DNA of 64,000 bases, taken from the NCBI RefSeq assembly GCF_009914755.1, contig NC_060931.1; one strand, written 5' to 3'. Source of the DNA: the human T2T-CHM13v2.0 reference genome, Homo sapiens. Shown in pieces: positions 12,872 to 27,542 of this stretch (the stretch's first letter is position 1; every line of letters begins with the position of its first letter). A program made the translations under genes and the position numbers. The notes below the pieces were generated by a model. That model was not told the origin of the DNA, ran no database searches, and worked only from the letters and a program-made list of their open reading frames with translations.

Positions 12872-15800
12872 TTGTCTTGCCAAGGTGGCTCAGTTCATAC
12901 TATATTTTCCAAGGCTTGCAAAAACTAAGCTTTGCCCTAGTATTCTTGTTGAGAAGATCTGAAACATATGATTTTTATGTGGCTAACAGGCATAAAATCC
13001 CAAAGACATTAATACAGAATGATTTTTTAAATATCTTCTGATATGTACCATACCATGTTTAAAATGTTCCCTTCCAGTTTAAAATGTATGCTCTAACTAT
13101 ACAGTATTTCCTTAGAAAAACTGAACAAGATGAGCAATAAGAAATCCTATTTATTTAAAATGTTTCTCTTTAAAGTACATAAAACTTGAAATTTTTATAT
13201 GCAGCTTAGGTCTTCATAAACCTACAAATAGGTAAAGGGAACACTTAAATCTTTTCCTGAAAATATCTTTGTTTCCCCAGACTAAGACCTCATATTCAAA
13301 GTGTCATCCCCCCGTGATTTTTTATGACCACGTTATAAACCCCTCCAAAAATGGGGTTTACAATGGAAGTGTTGACATCATGTTAACTATTGCTTTGCAA
13401 ACTGAGCTCAGTAATCAAGGCCCATTATATTTATGAGGCAGGTAAAATCTGTAGCCATTAATCACAGAGCCATATTGACAGATTCTAAGTTTGAGGTCCA
13501 GCAAAATTAATGTATCCCATTTCTTATATCATTGATACCAAGAAGAAAATTTGCAGGCAGCTTCATAATTGTGAGGCTTTTACATTTTTACAGAAATCCA
13601 GAGGCAGACTTGTTGAAACATTTCATTTATTTACACCTGCTGTGGTCAGTTTTTGCACATCTGCAAAGTACTAGAGAAGATTTTTCTTTCCCATAGATAA
13701 TTCATGAGAATTACATGCATTTGCACAAACACAGCCTTTATTAGAAGAGCACTGCAATCATGAATTCTATGTATCCATATGCCTAACCCACACTGGGGTT
13801 GTATCAAATTGTGATTAATTACCAAAAGAATATTCCACTCCTAAATTATAATTCAACATCCCTATATAAAACAATCTGAAATGTCAGCACTCTGTCTTTA
13901 TGACATCATGCCATCCCAATAATTCTGTTTTACAAGTAAATTCCTATTATACATTAATAAGGGCTGTTGGTGGCTAAACATCTTGCCTCCCCAGTAATGA
14001 CTAGGTTGAAGGCAATTAGAGCAGCCAGGTGCAGCTGAGCTGGGTACTCATAAAAGTTTTTAAATTTTACTGTTTCCGTTTCATTTGGGGAGGTGCATTC
14101 CAATCTGCCCAAATTAAAGAGGAAGCTCTGCCCATGTTTTCAGCTGTTGTGTGTTCTAACCATTACTGATAAACCCCTTTAATATTTCTTTGCTCCTTAG
14201 GAGCTGATGATCTGAGGAGTTCAAGTTTCACCACGAGCATCTATATTTCACTGCCTGTCACAGTGGTTACTCCAGACACACATATACATGTGCACACACA
14301 CAGTCCCAGGGTAACAGAGCAGCACCTTCATTTAAGACTTTCTGGGGCAGCCCTGAGTAGTAAAATTGATGCATGAAAGAAAGAACTTTACTCACTTTGT
14401 TAACATGTTTTTGCTGTAATTAGTTTGGGTCAGTGGAGGAGACATCAAATTAAAGTTTTATGTCATAATAGGAGCGATGATTTTCCCATTACAAGAAAAT
14501 CAATTTCCTTCTACAAACTACCAACACTACATAAAAGAATTAATAAGTGTAAAGACTTAACACATCTGAAGCAAGAGAAAAGGTTACCACTGATGATGAC
14601 AAATATCCTTAGAAGTAGAATTTTAAAAAGAGTTAACAACTTCCCCACAGTAGTATTATAAGGGTGATGTACCCTGGGAAATTTTCCTACCATTCAGAAA
14701 ACACAGAGCCCTTTATTTAACTTACTATGTGTCTTTCTTCTCTTTACTCTGTAACTCATACTAATCAATTTAATTTAATTCAGTTAAAACATTTTTAACG
14801 TTATAAACAATCAGTTTTATGACATCAAATGACTGACCTAAGTAGGTTTTTATTTAGCTTTCAACAAGTTATATGGATACTCTACACATTAATGATCAGA
14901 TAGACAAAAGTAATTATGTAACAGCTGCTAATCCAAGGACCAACACCATCCTTAAAAGGTGGATTCATGTTGATGACAGTAAGACAGGGTCTCACTTGAT
15001 TTCAAGAATACATCAGCCAGAGCTATTCTAGGAATCAATCTTGGAAGGGCCCCTTTAGAAGTAAAAAAAAAAAAATCATATTCCATTTAATTTCAGAGGG
15101 CAAAATAGACGTGACTGCCTCTGAATGAGAACAGTCCTCAAAAGTGATCCCTAATTTTTGTCTAGGTGGTTTGGGGAATTTTCCTTTTTGTTTACTTCAT
15201 TTTTGATATAAAGTTTACATTTACCAAAATAGGATTTAAAAAAAAATAGAGTAGTGCAGCATTAATTCAGAAAATAACGTCATTCAGAAATGTACTGTTG
15301 GTCTGTATTAACAACCAACCTCTCCATTTTCTGAGGGGAAAAAGGACACATAAAATGAAGACCCTTTGCATACAGTTAATCATCTCTTGCTTCTAAGCAA
15401 AGAAAAATTTATCAAGGACTCATTTTCTTAGGATAGTGAGCTTTAGAATGTCATCAGTCGACATAAGGTTTTTCAAAATTCCTAATCAGGAAGAATGCAA
15501 GGAGGAGGTCATTTGTCTATATCAAAGAAGGAGCACCAAAATCTAGATTTATCTTTGTTTCCTTCCTTTTGTTTTCCTTAATCAATGAAAATGTCCATTT
15601 TAAAAAGGAAAAAAATAGTCAAAATCAGTATTCTTGTATATTTTCTTTCTCCTCTCCACTTTTTTTTCCTAGTGGGAATACAGGAGATAAAGAGAAGGCT
15701 TTGACAAAGGGCCTTTATTTCTTTTAAGCAATTACCAAGACAAGTCCTGCTTCCCAGTGGATGTCTCCCTGCCAGCTTTGAACTACATCCTTGCCCCCCT

Positions 15801-16889
15801 CATACAGATTAGATGCCCTACATTAACAGAAACAGCCTGAAAACCAGGGGGTCTGAAAACACATCCCTTCACGGAGCTTAACAGTCACTCAGGGTTAACA
15901 CCACGGGGCTACAATCTGCTGCAAGAGACAGTGGTGCAGGGACATGGTAGCCAACAGCAGTTTCAACTGGTATCATGTTCCGAAAGTTTCATCACTTTTA
16001 AAACTGCAACTTCTACATTTTTCTGCAAGTCTCTCTTCCGCATTGCTAAATCCTTTCTGGATTCTGAGATATTTTGCTACTAGGAGCTAGCTTTCTTACT
16101 GGCTCCCTGTGCCTTATAAGGAAATCAGGCAATACATTAATAAGTGCTATTGGTGGCTCCCTTCTGACCACTGAGCCACAACTAGGTTGCAGGTAATTAG
16201 ATCTAAAGGCTCCACTGTCAAACACACCTTTCCTTTTCCTAATTACATGAGAAAACCTCAGTAAGTCCCAATTTTAATAATAGTGCTTCCTGCCACAGGG
16301 ATCAAAGTCAGAGATGTGTGTGATGAAGTGTAGCTAGGTTTGTTTAAGGAGTGTCTCCTTTTCCTTCTACTTCCAACCCTTGTCCTAATATCTCCCAAAG
16401 AAAAGGGGGCCTGTCTCCATTCCCAAGGACTGGTCCTCTGATTCTCCTCTGTTAGAACTCTGTTATTTTCACCTGCCAAACCACCACTATGCCATTAAAT
16501 CACTATTTGCATTCTGTTGTCCCTTGTGTTTCTCTTTTATTGTTTTAAGCAGGGATGGATGTTTCTGTGAGTTTACATAATCTCTCTCAGGATAAATTCA
16601 TTCTTAAACTAATAATGGGCTTGATTCTCATGTTAATTCCTCCCTTCAATTAATTTTATTTTACCAACATCTCCAAACTAGGAGGACACTGGACAAATCA
16701 TCAGCACTGCGCATACTCATCATATTTCCAATCATCACCAATTTCCAACAAGAATAAAAATGCTCCCAAGACATAATCTCCCATTTGGATACACTTGGTC
16801 ATCACAGTGCATTCCAATGAGCAATACAAGAGGAAAATAATAAAACAGAAACAGAAAGCAAAACAATAATAGTATTGAATATTTAAGGA

Positions 16890-17680
16890 AACTTAAAAAT
16901 CTAATCCCCAATGTGATGGTCTGTGGCGATGAGGCCTTTGGGAGGTAATTAGATCATAAGAGTGGAGTCCTTGCCTATGATGGGATTAATACTCTTATAA
17001 GAGGGGACTTGAGAGAACTTGCTTCCTCTCTCTCTGCACTATTTGAAGACAGCAAAACCACAGCCATCTGCAAACCAGGAAGAGGGCCTTACCAGACCCA
17101 ATTATGCTAGCACCTTGATCTTGGACTTCCCAGCGTTTAGAACCATGAGAAATAAATACCAGTATTCTATTATAATAGCCCAAGCTAAAACAGAAATTGG
17201 TACTGGGAAGTGGAGTGCTGCCTTAACAAATACTTAAATATGTGGGAGTGGCTTTGGAACTGGTTAACGCGTAGAGAGGCTGGAAGGTACATGCTAGAAA
17301 ATGTTGACATTGCTGTGAAGGGACTTTGGAAGGTGATTCTGGTGAGGGCTCAGAAAGAAAAGAGGAGAGATATATAGAAAGTTTTCATCTTCTGGGAAAA
17401 CACTTAAGTAATCCTGTTCAGAATGTCGTAGAAATAGGGATGGTCCAATGAAGGCTCAGACAAATGAGGAACATGTTATTGAATAATTAAGAAAAGTAAA
17501 TTCTTGTTATAAAGTGGCAAAGAACTTGATTGAACTGTGTTCATGTACTAGTATTTTGTAGAAGGTAGAATTGGCAAGTGATAAAATTGGCTATTTAGCT
17601 GAGGAAATTTCTAAGTGTTGAAAGAGGAGCTTGGTTCTTCCTGACTACATATAGTAAAATACAAGATGAGAGAAATTGAG
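16890..17680 (+). mobile_element. MaLR LTR (MLT1A/MSTD-like) plus adjacent internal sequence
   Basis: LTR to about 17191 (…agcccaagctaaaaca), then MaLR-int start gaaattggtactgggaagtgg...gtggctttggaactgg. Confidence 0.8.
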
Positions 17681-17799
17681 ATGTGAGGGAAACAAGAAAC
17701 TCCGTGGTGAGATTACATCATTTAGATTCAAAAGTCCATGTAAGATTTGGGTCCCCAAGAAGTTAACCACAGGTACCATCAAATCCAGTATGGTGCCAT

Positions 17800-18040
17800 T
17801 GTCAGTCAAGAATCAAGGTTGCCTGCCAGGGCTTCAATCCCAATATCCACTGTAGATACTAACAAGTTACTCAACCTCTTTAAACCACACTTTCCTCAAC
17901 TTAAAAATCAGTTTAATGATTGAACCTACCTCATCGGACTATAGTGAAGATTGGATAAGATTGCCTGTATAGCTCTTATAGTGCCTAACATACCTTATGA
18001 ACTCAATGAACATTAACTGCCATTATCATCATCATCACCT
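17800..18040 (+). mobile_element. MIR SINE
   Basis: caagttactcaacctctt...tttcctcaac...acctacctcatcggactatagtgaagatt. Confidence 0.75.
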
Positions 18041-18560
18041 TCTTCATCATGAACAACAAATCTCTCTGCTTAACGAAGATGCTAATATCCAGTCAAACTG
18101 CAATCTTAATACTGGGTTTCCCCAGTTTCTTCAATAACTGCCTAACTTGCCCATTCATCTTATTTTTCATAACTTTAAACATTATTAAATCAAAGCATAA
18201 GACTCTAGTATAAATTCTAGGCCAATTACATGCCAAAAGGAAATTATTTTAGTGTTACAGTGCATTCTTAGCATTATCCTATTCTATCTACATGAAAAGT
18301 AAAAACTCACTCTGTTTAAAATATCTCCTTTGAGCATCACAATATCCTCCAACACAGGTACTAGTACTCCCACATAATAGAGAAGAAAAGTGAGGCGGCT
18401 TCACTGCCTAATCTACCCAAGGCCATAGGCTAGTAATTAGTGGAACCTGAATCAAAGCCAGCTTACCCGACTTTTAACCACACCTCCTCATTCTCTGTCT
18501 TCCTCTTTTCCTATTCAAGCTCTTATTTTTTTTTCTATTCCACAGACTTTTTTTTAGTTG

Positions 18561-18868
<308 letters not shown>

Positions 18869-19339
18869 TTTTTTTTAGTTTTTTAACTTAAAAGTTAATT
18901 AAAATTATTACTATTTTTTCTAATTATATCAGGGGAAATAATGTTATTCATATTTTTACATACTTTTGAGAGATGCACTTTCTTCTGTCAACCTGAACTT
19001 CAATTTTTTATTATGTCTCAACTAGAAGTCCATATTTTCATGAATATTTAATGTTTCCTCCTAACAGTCATGTTATTTTTCACGACTATTTAAAACCACA
19101 GTTGTTAAACTAGGTATTTATGAGGCATTTTCCCTTGCTCCCAATATGCTACCATAACAATTTTCACCACTAAGAACATTCTTAAAATAGTTTAGATTTT
19201 TTTTTATTTAGGTATTTCCCATTAAATCCACTTTTTGAGAAAAGAGAATACAGTTTTACTTTCTTTTATGCTCTTAAAATCAACTTAATACTAACCTGAA
19301 TAAACAAAGTCCTGAATGAAGATTTCAATGTAAGTTAAA

Positions 19340-19433
19340 TATACATATATATTATATATATATAACATATATATATATACACACACACAGACACACACAT
19401 ATATATGCACATGCAGAGAGAGAGAGAGAGAGA
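19340..19433. repeat. Compound (TA)n/(CA)n/(GA)n microsatellite
   Basis: Directly visible dinucleotide runs. Confidence 0.9.
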
Positions 19434-20031
19434 TCAAAGGAAAATCTGTTTAATGTAAACTTTATTACTTTGGGGTTTTAAAATTCAGAAATACACTTCA
19501 ACATTCATATTGCTGTTAGAATAGTCGGTGTGTGTATGGTCCAACTGGAAAATATTCTCTTGTTTTAAATGATGATGGGTCCTTGAATCCTGTGTAATGG
19601 AACTTAAAAGACTCACACCTTCTACCTTAGCATGTCAATAGGTCAAAACCTTGTAAAATCAACTTGGCAATAACATTTCATGCAGTCCAAGTATGTTACC
19701 GTAGCAGAAAATTTGCTACGATGGCTTAATTACACAAGTACATGGCAACATTCAACTTCTAGTGAGAAAAGGTTTAGATTTGGGGAAACTTTTCAATATT
19801 TTCTCTTTCCTCTCATTGAGGGTATATTTGGGTTATTACATATGACTTCACATATATATGTAAACACAATGTTGTATTTGTGTATATATGTAGACACTGT
19901 AATTACATATATAAAGGGCACTCAATGGGTAGGAGTCAATGTTTAAACTATCAACTTCTAATTAGTTTCAATTTTTTTTTTAACCTGACAGCAATAATCT
20001 AAACTCTAACATCCCATTTCAGGGACAAAAG

Positions 20032-20072
<41 letters not shown>

Positions 20073-20305
20073 AACTAATGTCAAAGTAGAGGAAGAAGGA
20101 AATAAAAAGATCTCATTTTTAGAAATGACAGCTCCTTATTTTGGCTTCTATTTAGTTAAAATACACGGTTGGACTGAGCTTTGATGTTATATTGCCTGTT
20201 CAGAAAGGGATAAGCAATATTAAAAGTATATAAAAAATTAAAATAGGGAAGAAAAGGAAAAGAAACTGCTTAAACTACTTCATAGAACTGCTTTTAGAAA
20301 TTTCT

Positions 20306-20638
20306 GGCTGGATGCGGTGGCTCACACTTATAATCCCAGCACTTTGGGAGGCTGAGGCAGGCAGAGTGCTTGAGCCCAGGAGTTCAAGTCCAGCCTGGGC
20401 AACATAGTGAAATCCCATCTCTACAAAAATACAAAAAGAAAAAAAACCAAAAAAATTAGCTGAGTGTAGTGACTTGTGCCTGCAGTCCCAGCCACTCAGG
20501 AGGCTGAGGTGGGAGGATCACCTGGGCCTGGGAAGATCGAGGCTGCAGTGAGCCGTAATTACACAACTGCACTCCAGCCTGGGCAGTAGAGTGAGGCCCT
20601 GTTTCGAAAAAAAAAAGAAAGAAAGAAAAGAAAAAAAG
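20306..20638 (+). mobile_element. AluJ
   Basis: J-type features gcttgagcccaggagttc, gggaggatcacctg, gaggctgcagtgagcc; A-rich tail. Confidence 0.92.
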
Positions 20639-20889
20639 GAAATTTTTATCTAGAAATTTCCATTCATAGACAAATAATCAAAACATTATTTCATGTAACT
20701 TAAATATCTTTCCTAAAACATATCCCTGAAAGGGTTTCTACAAAGTGTTCTAGTTGCCATGTGCACTGGAAGAACACAGAAGGGCACAATCTTTTTAAAA
20801 GCATTTTAAAATTTTGATGTTTTAATACTTCAGTGTGACTTATCACCCCTTACTTCCCACCATTAATTAGCATCTGTGAATTTGGTGTT

Positions 20890-21250
20890 TGATATGGTTT
20901 GGCTGTATCCCCACCCAAATCTCATACTGAATTGTAGCTCCATAATTCCCACATGTTGTGGGAGGGACCAGGTGGGAGATAACTGAATCCTGGGGGCGGT
21001 TTCCCCCATACTGTTCTCGTGGCAGTAAGTCTTGCGAGATCTGATGGTTTTATAAGGGGTTTCCCTCACTCGACGCATTCTCTCTTGTCTGCTGCCATGT
21101 AAGACATGCCTTCTGCCTTCCACCATGATTGTGAGGCCTCCCCAGCTACACGGAACTGTGAGTCCATTGAAACTCTTTCTTTATAAATTACCCAGTCTTG
21201 GGATGTCTTTATCAGCAGCGTTATCAGCAGCGTGAAAACAGACTACTACA
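20890..21250 (+). mobile_element. THE1 solo LTR (THE1B/C-like)
   Basis: tgatatggtttggctg...gaaaacagactactaca; 5-bp TSD gtgtt/atgtt. Confidence 0.93.
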
Positions 21251-21558
21251 ATGTTGCAGACAAAAAAATTACTGATTGGATAACTTCAAACTTATCTGAA
21301 AAACTTGATTCTTCATCAATTACCACTTACATATGTTCCTTTCAATTTACTAAAAATTTCTCCTGGTATATGACCATTTCACATTGCTAAAATCCAGTCA
21401 GCTCTCTCAGGCGGCGCGTTCACTGGGTTGTTTTGCCCATTCAGGGGGAAATGAAGAGAGTGCCACAGTGATAGTTCACTTCTCACCGAGCTTTGGGCAA
21501 ACCCAAAAGACAGGTGCCTGCCTGCAGATGCTTGTCCACTGTCTCTTTTCAAATGCTG

Positions 21559-21577
21559 TAGCGCCCCCCTGTGGCAA
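21559..21577 (-). promoter_or_regulatory. Candidate CTCF binding motif
   Basis: Minus strand TTGCCACAGGGGGGCGCTA, resembling TGGCCACCAGGGGGCGCTA; CpG retained. Confidence 0.5.
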
Positions 21578-22975
21578 TGCCTGCAAACAAGCCAATAACA
21601 AGAATGCCTTTTAGAATGAGCTGCAGACAAAAGTAAGGGTGTGGGTGGGCAGGAGCCAGGGAGGGAAGAATGCATTCAGTGCTCAGGACAACTTGACCCT
21701 CCCTCTTCAGTATTCCATATATTCATTCGCAAAGCTTGGAACTTAGATTCTTGTGTGGCCAAAGCAAGAGACAGACATTAACTATGAAAGCACATAAATA
21801 AAATTATTTCAGACAGTGATAAATGTCCCCACCACTCAGAGGTTCAAAATAGGGTAAGGCTATGAGACATGGTAATATGCATAAATCAGCAATGTAACCC
21901 TCTGAAGTAGAAGTCAACATTCGATCTGCTCGGAGGCAACAGACATTTGTATTTCTTTTTCGGATCAAGAGAGGATCTAAAAGTAAATCGTTGTCTGCCT
22001 CCCCGATATCCCTTCTTCCCTTTTCCCATCAATACAGATCCCTAATGTTCACTCAGAACAGAGGCTACATTGCCAGCCTGAAGGTCCCACGGCTGGCAAG
22101 GAACAAGACAGAAACCAAAGGGCTGACTCGCCAAACATCAGCAGTCTCCTTTCCAGCCCCGGCACCGAGTCTCCAGGGCTGCTCGCTTCTGCCTATCCGC
22201 TCCGTAGCACGAAAAGCCTGGAGAGGCTTGGCCTGGCCTGGGTTTCTGTTCTGACACATCAGCTAACTTTTTTGCGACCCTATACACATTAATAACTTCT
22301 GTCTCCAAACTGTCATCTGCTGAAAAGCAGCCATTTATCTTACAGGAATGCCATGGGGGAAGAAGGAACCCAGTAGGCACCCAGCACTTGAAATTTTCTG
22401 GCAGAAGGAACATGGGCAAGCAGACCCGAAGCTTCTCCTTCCAGGCAAGAACACCTGCTTCACCTCCACTTATTCATGTTTTGCTTATGGTGCTTTTTAA
22501 AAATTATTATTTTTTATTTTTTTTGCCAGCTCAGCCCCACCCTGTGGCCAGAGGGGACCAAGGGCCGAGCTGCGCCTGCTCATGATGTTTTAACAATGCC
22601 CTCTTTCCTCCACTGCCCTCAATCGTCCTACCAAAGCTCCCTTAGTAAGACGACAAGGAGGAAACACACAGAAATACATGTGGAGTCCCAACAAGAAAGA
22701 AGCTCCATCCAGAAAAACTGGCACCCCAGAGAAGGGCACAGTCTCTATGCTTTGGCTTACCTGATACCCACATGTACCCCAAGGGTGTGCCATCTCCGAA
22801 TCTGAGAAGCTCCCACAGCACCAAAGCCAAACCACTTTCAAGGCTCCACGCAACCTCTCCCATCTTATTCCCACAAGTCTTCAGTTTCATCCCAGTCCCT
22901 CTCTTCATTCTCCATCAAGAGCACCACAATCATTCTACATATTTGTTCACTCTGTTGGGCCTCCTAGGCAAGCCC

Positions 22976-23354
22976 TGTATTAGTCCATTTTTATACTGCT
23001 ATGAAGAACTGCCCAAGACTGGGTTATTTATAAAGGAAAGAGGTTTAATTGTCTCACAGTTCAGCATTATCGGGGAGGCCTCAGGAAACTTACGATCATG
23101 GCGGATGGTGAAGGGGAAGCAAAACATGATCTTCACAAGCAGGGAGGAAGGAGAAGTGCCAAGTGAAGGGGGAGGAGCCCCTTACAAAGCCATCAGATCT
23201 TGTGAGAACTAACTCACTATCATGAGAACAGCATGGGGGAAACCACCCCCATGATTCAATTACCTACAGCTGGTCTCTCCTTTGACACGTGGGGATTATG
23301 GGGAGTATAATTCAAGATGAGATTTGGGTGGGTACACAAACCCTAACCATATCA
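22976..23354 (-). mobile_element. THE1 solo LTR (THE1D/MSTA-like)
   Basis: tgtattagtccat...ctaaccatatca; TSD agccc/agtcc. Confidence 0.92.
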
Positions 23355-23492
23355 AGTCCCTACCTCAAGGAGTTCTCTGGCTTTCTGCTCATCTTCAGTC
23401 CACCTGTCCTTCTAGCAGAGCCTCTGCTGCCTTCCAACAGGTAATCATGGTCCCCTCCGCTGAACGTCAAATCCCTGTGAGATCCTAAGAGG

Positions 23493-23838
23493 GCATCAGT
23501 CAGCTTAGGCTGCCATAACAGAATACCACAGCCAGAGTGGCCTGAACAACAGAAGCAATTCTGGAGGGCAGAAGTCCCAGATCAAGGCACCATCAGGACT
23601 GTTCTGCTGAGGCCTTGCTTCCTGGCTCATAGGCTGGCCCTCTTGCTGTGTCCTCACACGGCTGAGACGGAGAGCTCTGGTGCTCCTCCTCTTCTTATAC
23701 TAGCACTAGCCTTTACTGGGCCCCAACCGTATGACTCATTTAACCTTCATCATCCCCTCAAAGGCTCCATCTCCAAATATCCTGGGGGTTAGGGCTTCAA
23801 CATATGAAATTTGGGGGGGGCACAAACATTCCATAGCA
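23493..23838 (-). mobile_element. MaLR LTR (MLT1A-like)
   Basis: ggctgccataacagaataccaca...gggggttagggcttcaacatatgaa...acattccatagca. Confidence 0.85.
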
Positions 23839-24561
23839 TCAAGGATGGCGTGAGACAGAAGACACTAAAAGGGAGAGGGATAAGCAGAACTGAGAGGGAG
23901 GCCACTGAAGAGAGAAGTGGGAGGCAGGGCCTCTGTCCGCTCTTGGAGTTGGAGAAAACAAGAATGAAGGGAACAAGAGGGCCAGTGGTTAGGGTTGTCC
24001 GAGAAGTTCTGTGGTGAGGAAAAAACTATGAGTAAAAGGCAACACTTTTGGTTATAAAGCACAATAAGCTATGACAAGAAGCAGTCCTTTGCTGTTAATT
24101 CTCTGAAGGTTAACTTGACTGGACCATATATGTCGGAAATGACCTTTCCCTTGTCATAAAAATAACTGAAACCCTTACAGACATAATGAAAATCTTACTA
24201 TCCACTATTGAGCAAGGAAAAACATCTATAATCAAATTAAATATTTTGTCTTTTAAGTGCATTAGCAAAATGATTTACATAAGAACTACACTTTTCACAT
24301 AATCATTCATGCATGTTGATAGACGATTCAAGGAAAAATTCATAAAACAGAACTGCAGCTCAAATCTGTTCTGAACAATTTATCTTCTTACTACAAGATG
24401 GCCAATAAGAGACTATTTTTTAACTTTTTCATTTGCAATTTTTTTTTTAATTCTCAAATTGCATCTATATCTCAAATAAAGTAATGGGAACATTCTAGCT
24501 CTGGGGTGTGGAAAAGCAGCCATGGCCGTGGGAAGCTGACTGCAAATGAAACACTGGCTTA

Positions 24562-24580
24562 CACTGCCCTCTGCTGGTAT
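24562..24580 (-). promoter_or_regulatory. Strong candidate CTCF binding motif
   Basis: Minus strand ATACCAGCAGAGGGCAGTG, core identical to CCASYAGRKGGCRSY. Confidence 0.65.
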
Positions 24581-25784
24581 ACTGACCACATTTCAAGTTC
24601 CTTCGTTTTTACAAAGTTGCCAAAAGACGTTCAGTATTTTGAAACAGCAAATTCAAGCCTAATTACTAAGAACAGGTTGTGGAAAATATTACCAAGTGGC
24701 TTAAATGCCATCTGCACCACATCAGGCACACATTCCTAATGAAAAGGGCACATGTGTAGAAAGAAATGGTGCCAAATCACACCTGCTAACCTAATATAAA
24801 GGGTTTTTAACTAACTCTTTAAAATATGCATTAAGTTAACAATAATGCCTTTAAATCACCCCCCACCCCCACTTTCCCACCCAACCTCTGCCACACTAAC
24901 CAACTTTTCAGAAAACAAATATTGCAAAAAATGAAATCTTGGCTCCCACCACTGCATTTGGGCCTCTGCTTAAATCAGCTCAGCAATAAATAACTGCATG
25001 TTACCACAGTTTACAAAATTCATTTTCTAAGTACAGACTTTTTTTTTAAATTTAGATGCTGCTAATTTGCCAGAATGTTGCTGGAAAACATGCCATTTGT
25101 TTAAACACATACAACATCAGCCTCCATTAAAATGATTACAGCATCAATTCAAAAGTCTGAAGCATTTATTAGGTGTCTCTAATTCCACAGAGCCTTTTAC
25201 TAAGCCCTGTATAAATTAGTTAAGCCAAATTCCTGCCTCAGAGCTTGTTTCCTAAAATAGATGAAGTCACACACATTGATACAATAGAACAACACAGGTA
25301 CATTAACTTAAGTGAATGGACCTACATTGTGTTCTGAAGCAAGAAATGGGAGAGCTGAAGGAGCTGGATATATAAAGGGTGGGGCAAGAAGAAATCACAG
25401 CTGTCTACGAATCAGTCAGCAAGTCCTTTGGGAGGAGGTGGGATTTCAGGTAGCTGAATGAAGGGGAAGGTTCGGGGAGCTAAAAAGAAAGGTGGCAGCC
25501 ACAGGCCTGCTAGAGTCTGGGAGGTCATTTTGCATGTAGAAATGGGAGGGTGACAGGAAAGAGGTAAATCTTGGAAATGCCATGACTCCCAGCAGCCACA
25601 CAGCAATCTGCTTTAACCAAACCCAGAACACTATGCACTTCTGCACAGGGGTGCCCAGCTCCAGGCTACTCATTAAATTCTCAAACCATTCCATAACGTA
25701 GTTATTATTATTAAATCTCATGATGAAACTGAAGCACACAAAACGGAACATTTTGTCTCTAGACCCCAGAAACCTTAAGCTTGC

Positions 25785-26148
25785 TACTATGGACTGAATG
25801 TCTGTGTCCCCTTAAATTCCTATGTTGAATCTGTAATCCGCAATGTGATGATATTTGGAGTGAAGCCTTTGGGAGATGATCAGGTCATGAGGGTCTCTGG
25901 ATGGGATTAGTGCCCTCATAAGAAGAGAAACCAGAGAGTTTTTCTTCTCCCTCTCCCTCTCTCCCTGACATATGTGGACGTAGCGAGAAGACAGCTATCC
26001 ACAAACCAGGTAGCAGGCCCTCACCAGGAAGTGAATCGGCCAGCACCTTGATCTCAGATTCCCCAGCCTCCAGAACTGTGGGAAATAAATGATTGTGTGT
26101 AAGCCAAACAGTCTGCAGTATTTTGTTGTAGCAGCTCAACCTAAGACA
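25785..26148 (+). mobile_element. MLT1A-like solo LTR inserted in an L2 3' end
   Basis: tactatggactgaatg...gcagctcaacctaagaca; TSD cttgc/cttcc; L2 tail gtgcctggcacatag follows. Confidence 0.88.
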
Positions 26149-27059
26149 CTTCCTGAGTGCAAGGACCAAGTACGTCTTCTTCATCTTTATGCCTTTAGCA
26201 CTTAGCCAAGTGCCTGGCACATAGGAGGTATACAGCGACCACCAAGAGGCATTACTAAACAAATAGCACTCAATCATAATCTCCCCAGTAAAATGTAAAT
26301 TCTGGTTCAGAATGGAACATTATTCACTTTTTATTTCAGAGTCTCCTTTATCTAAAGTGCAACTAGATTCTAGCTCCTTTGAACTCTGGGATGCCTCACA
26401 ATGTGTCCCACTGAGGAGAAATGAATGCTAGACTCACAACTAAGCATTTGATGGTAAGAAATGATTAGTAATTACGATGGTAATGGTAACCGCTAACACT
26501 GACTGTGTACTGACAACATGTTTGGCACTGTGCTAAGCATATCATGCACAACATTTCATCTGACCATCAGGAAAACACTCTGAGGACAGAACTATGACCA
26601 TCCTCCAGTGCAACAAGAAAGTCCATAAAGGGAGGTCCGCTAGTCATGCCCAACTCCTAGTCTGGGATTATTCATAAAACAAAGCAAAATGTTCTGAATT
26701 AAATGTTCTCTCTCTCGGGCCATGATAGGCATCCATGGGCTACTCTACCTTTTCCTAATAAGCAGCAGGGCAAAGTTAGCACTAGGACTGAGGGATGCCA
26801 GCACCACTTTCTTGGGACTTTCTATTATTGCTGGCATGTTAGCCAATGTGACTTAGAATAATGTGGGGATTATTTGTAGTATGGAATGGAAACCTTCCTC
26901 TTCATTTCAAAGAGGATAGTGTACTTTGTTCAAATGTCCAGTATCTTGTCTCTTATGATGACAGTCGGCCACATCTCCATCCCCAAATTCCAATGTTCTT
27001 TAGCATTTGATACTTATTTCTTAAATATGTATTCAGTCTGACTAAAAAAAATTCTATGA

Positions 27060-27542
<483 letters not shown>

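Noticed and set aside
19568-19700. Possible C/D snoRNA (ATGATGA C-box)
   Set aside because: No CTGA D-box at a suitable distance and no terminal stem
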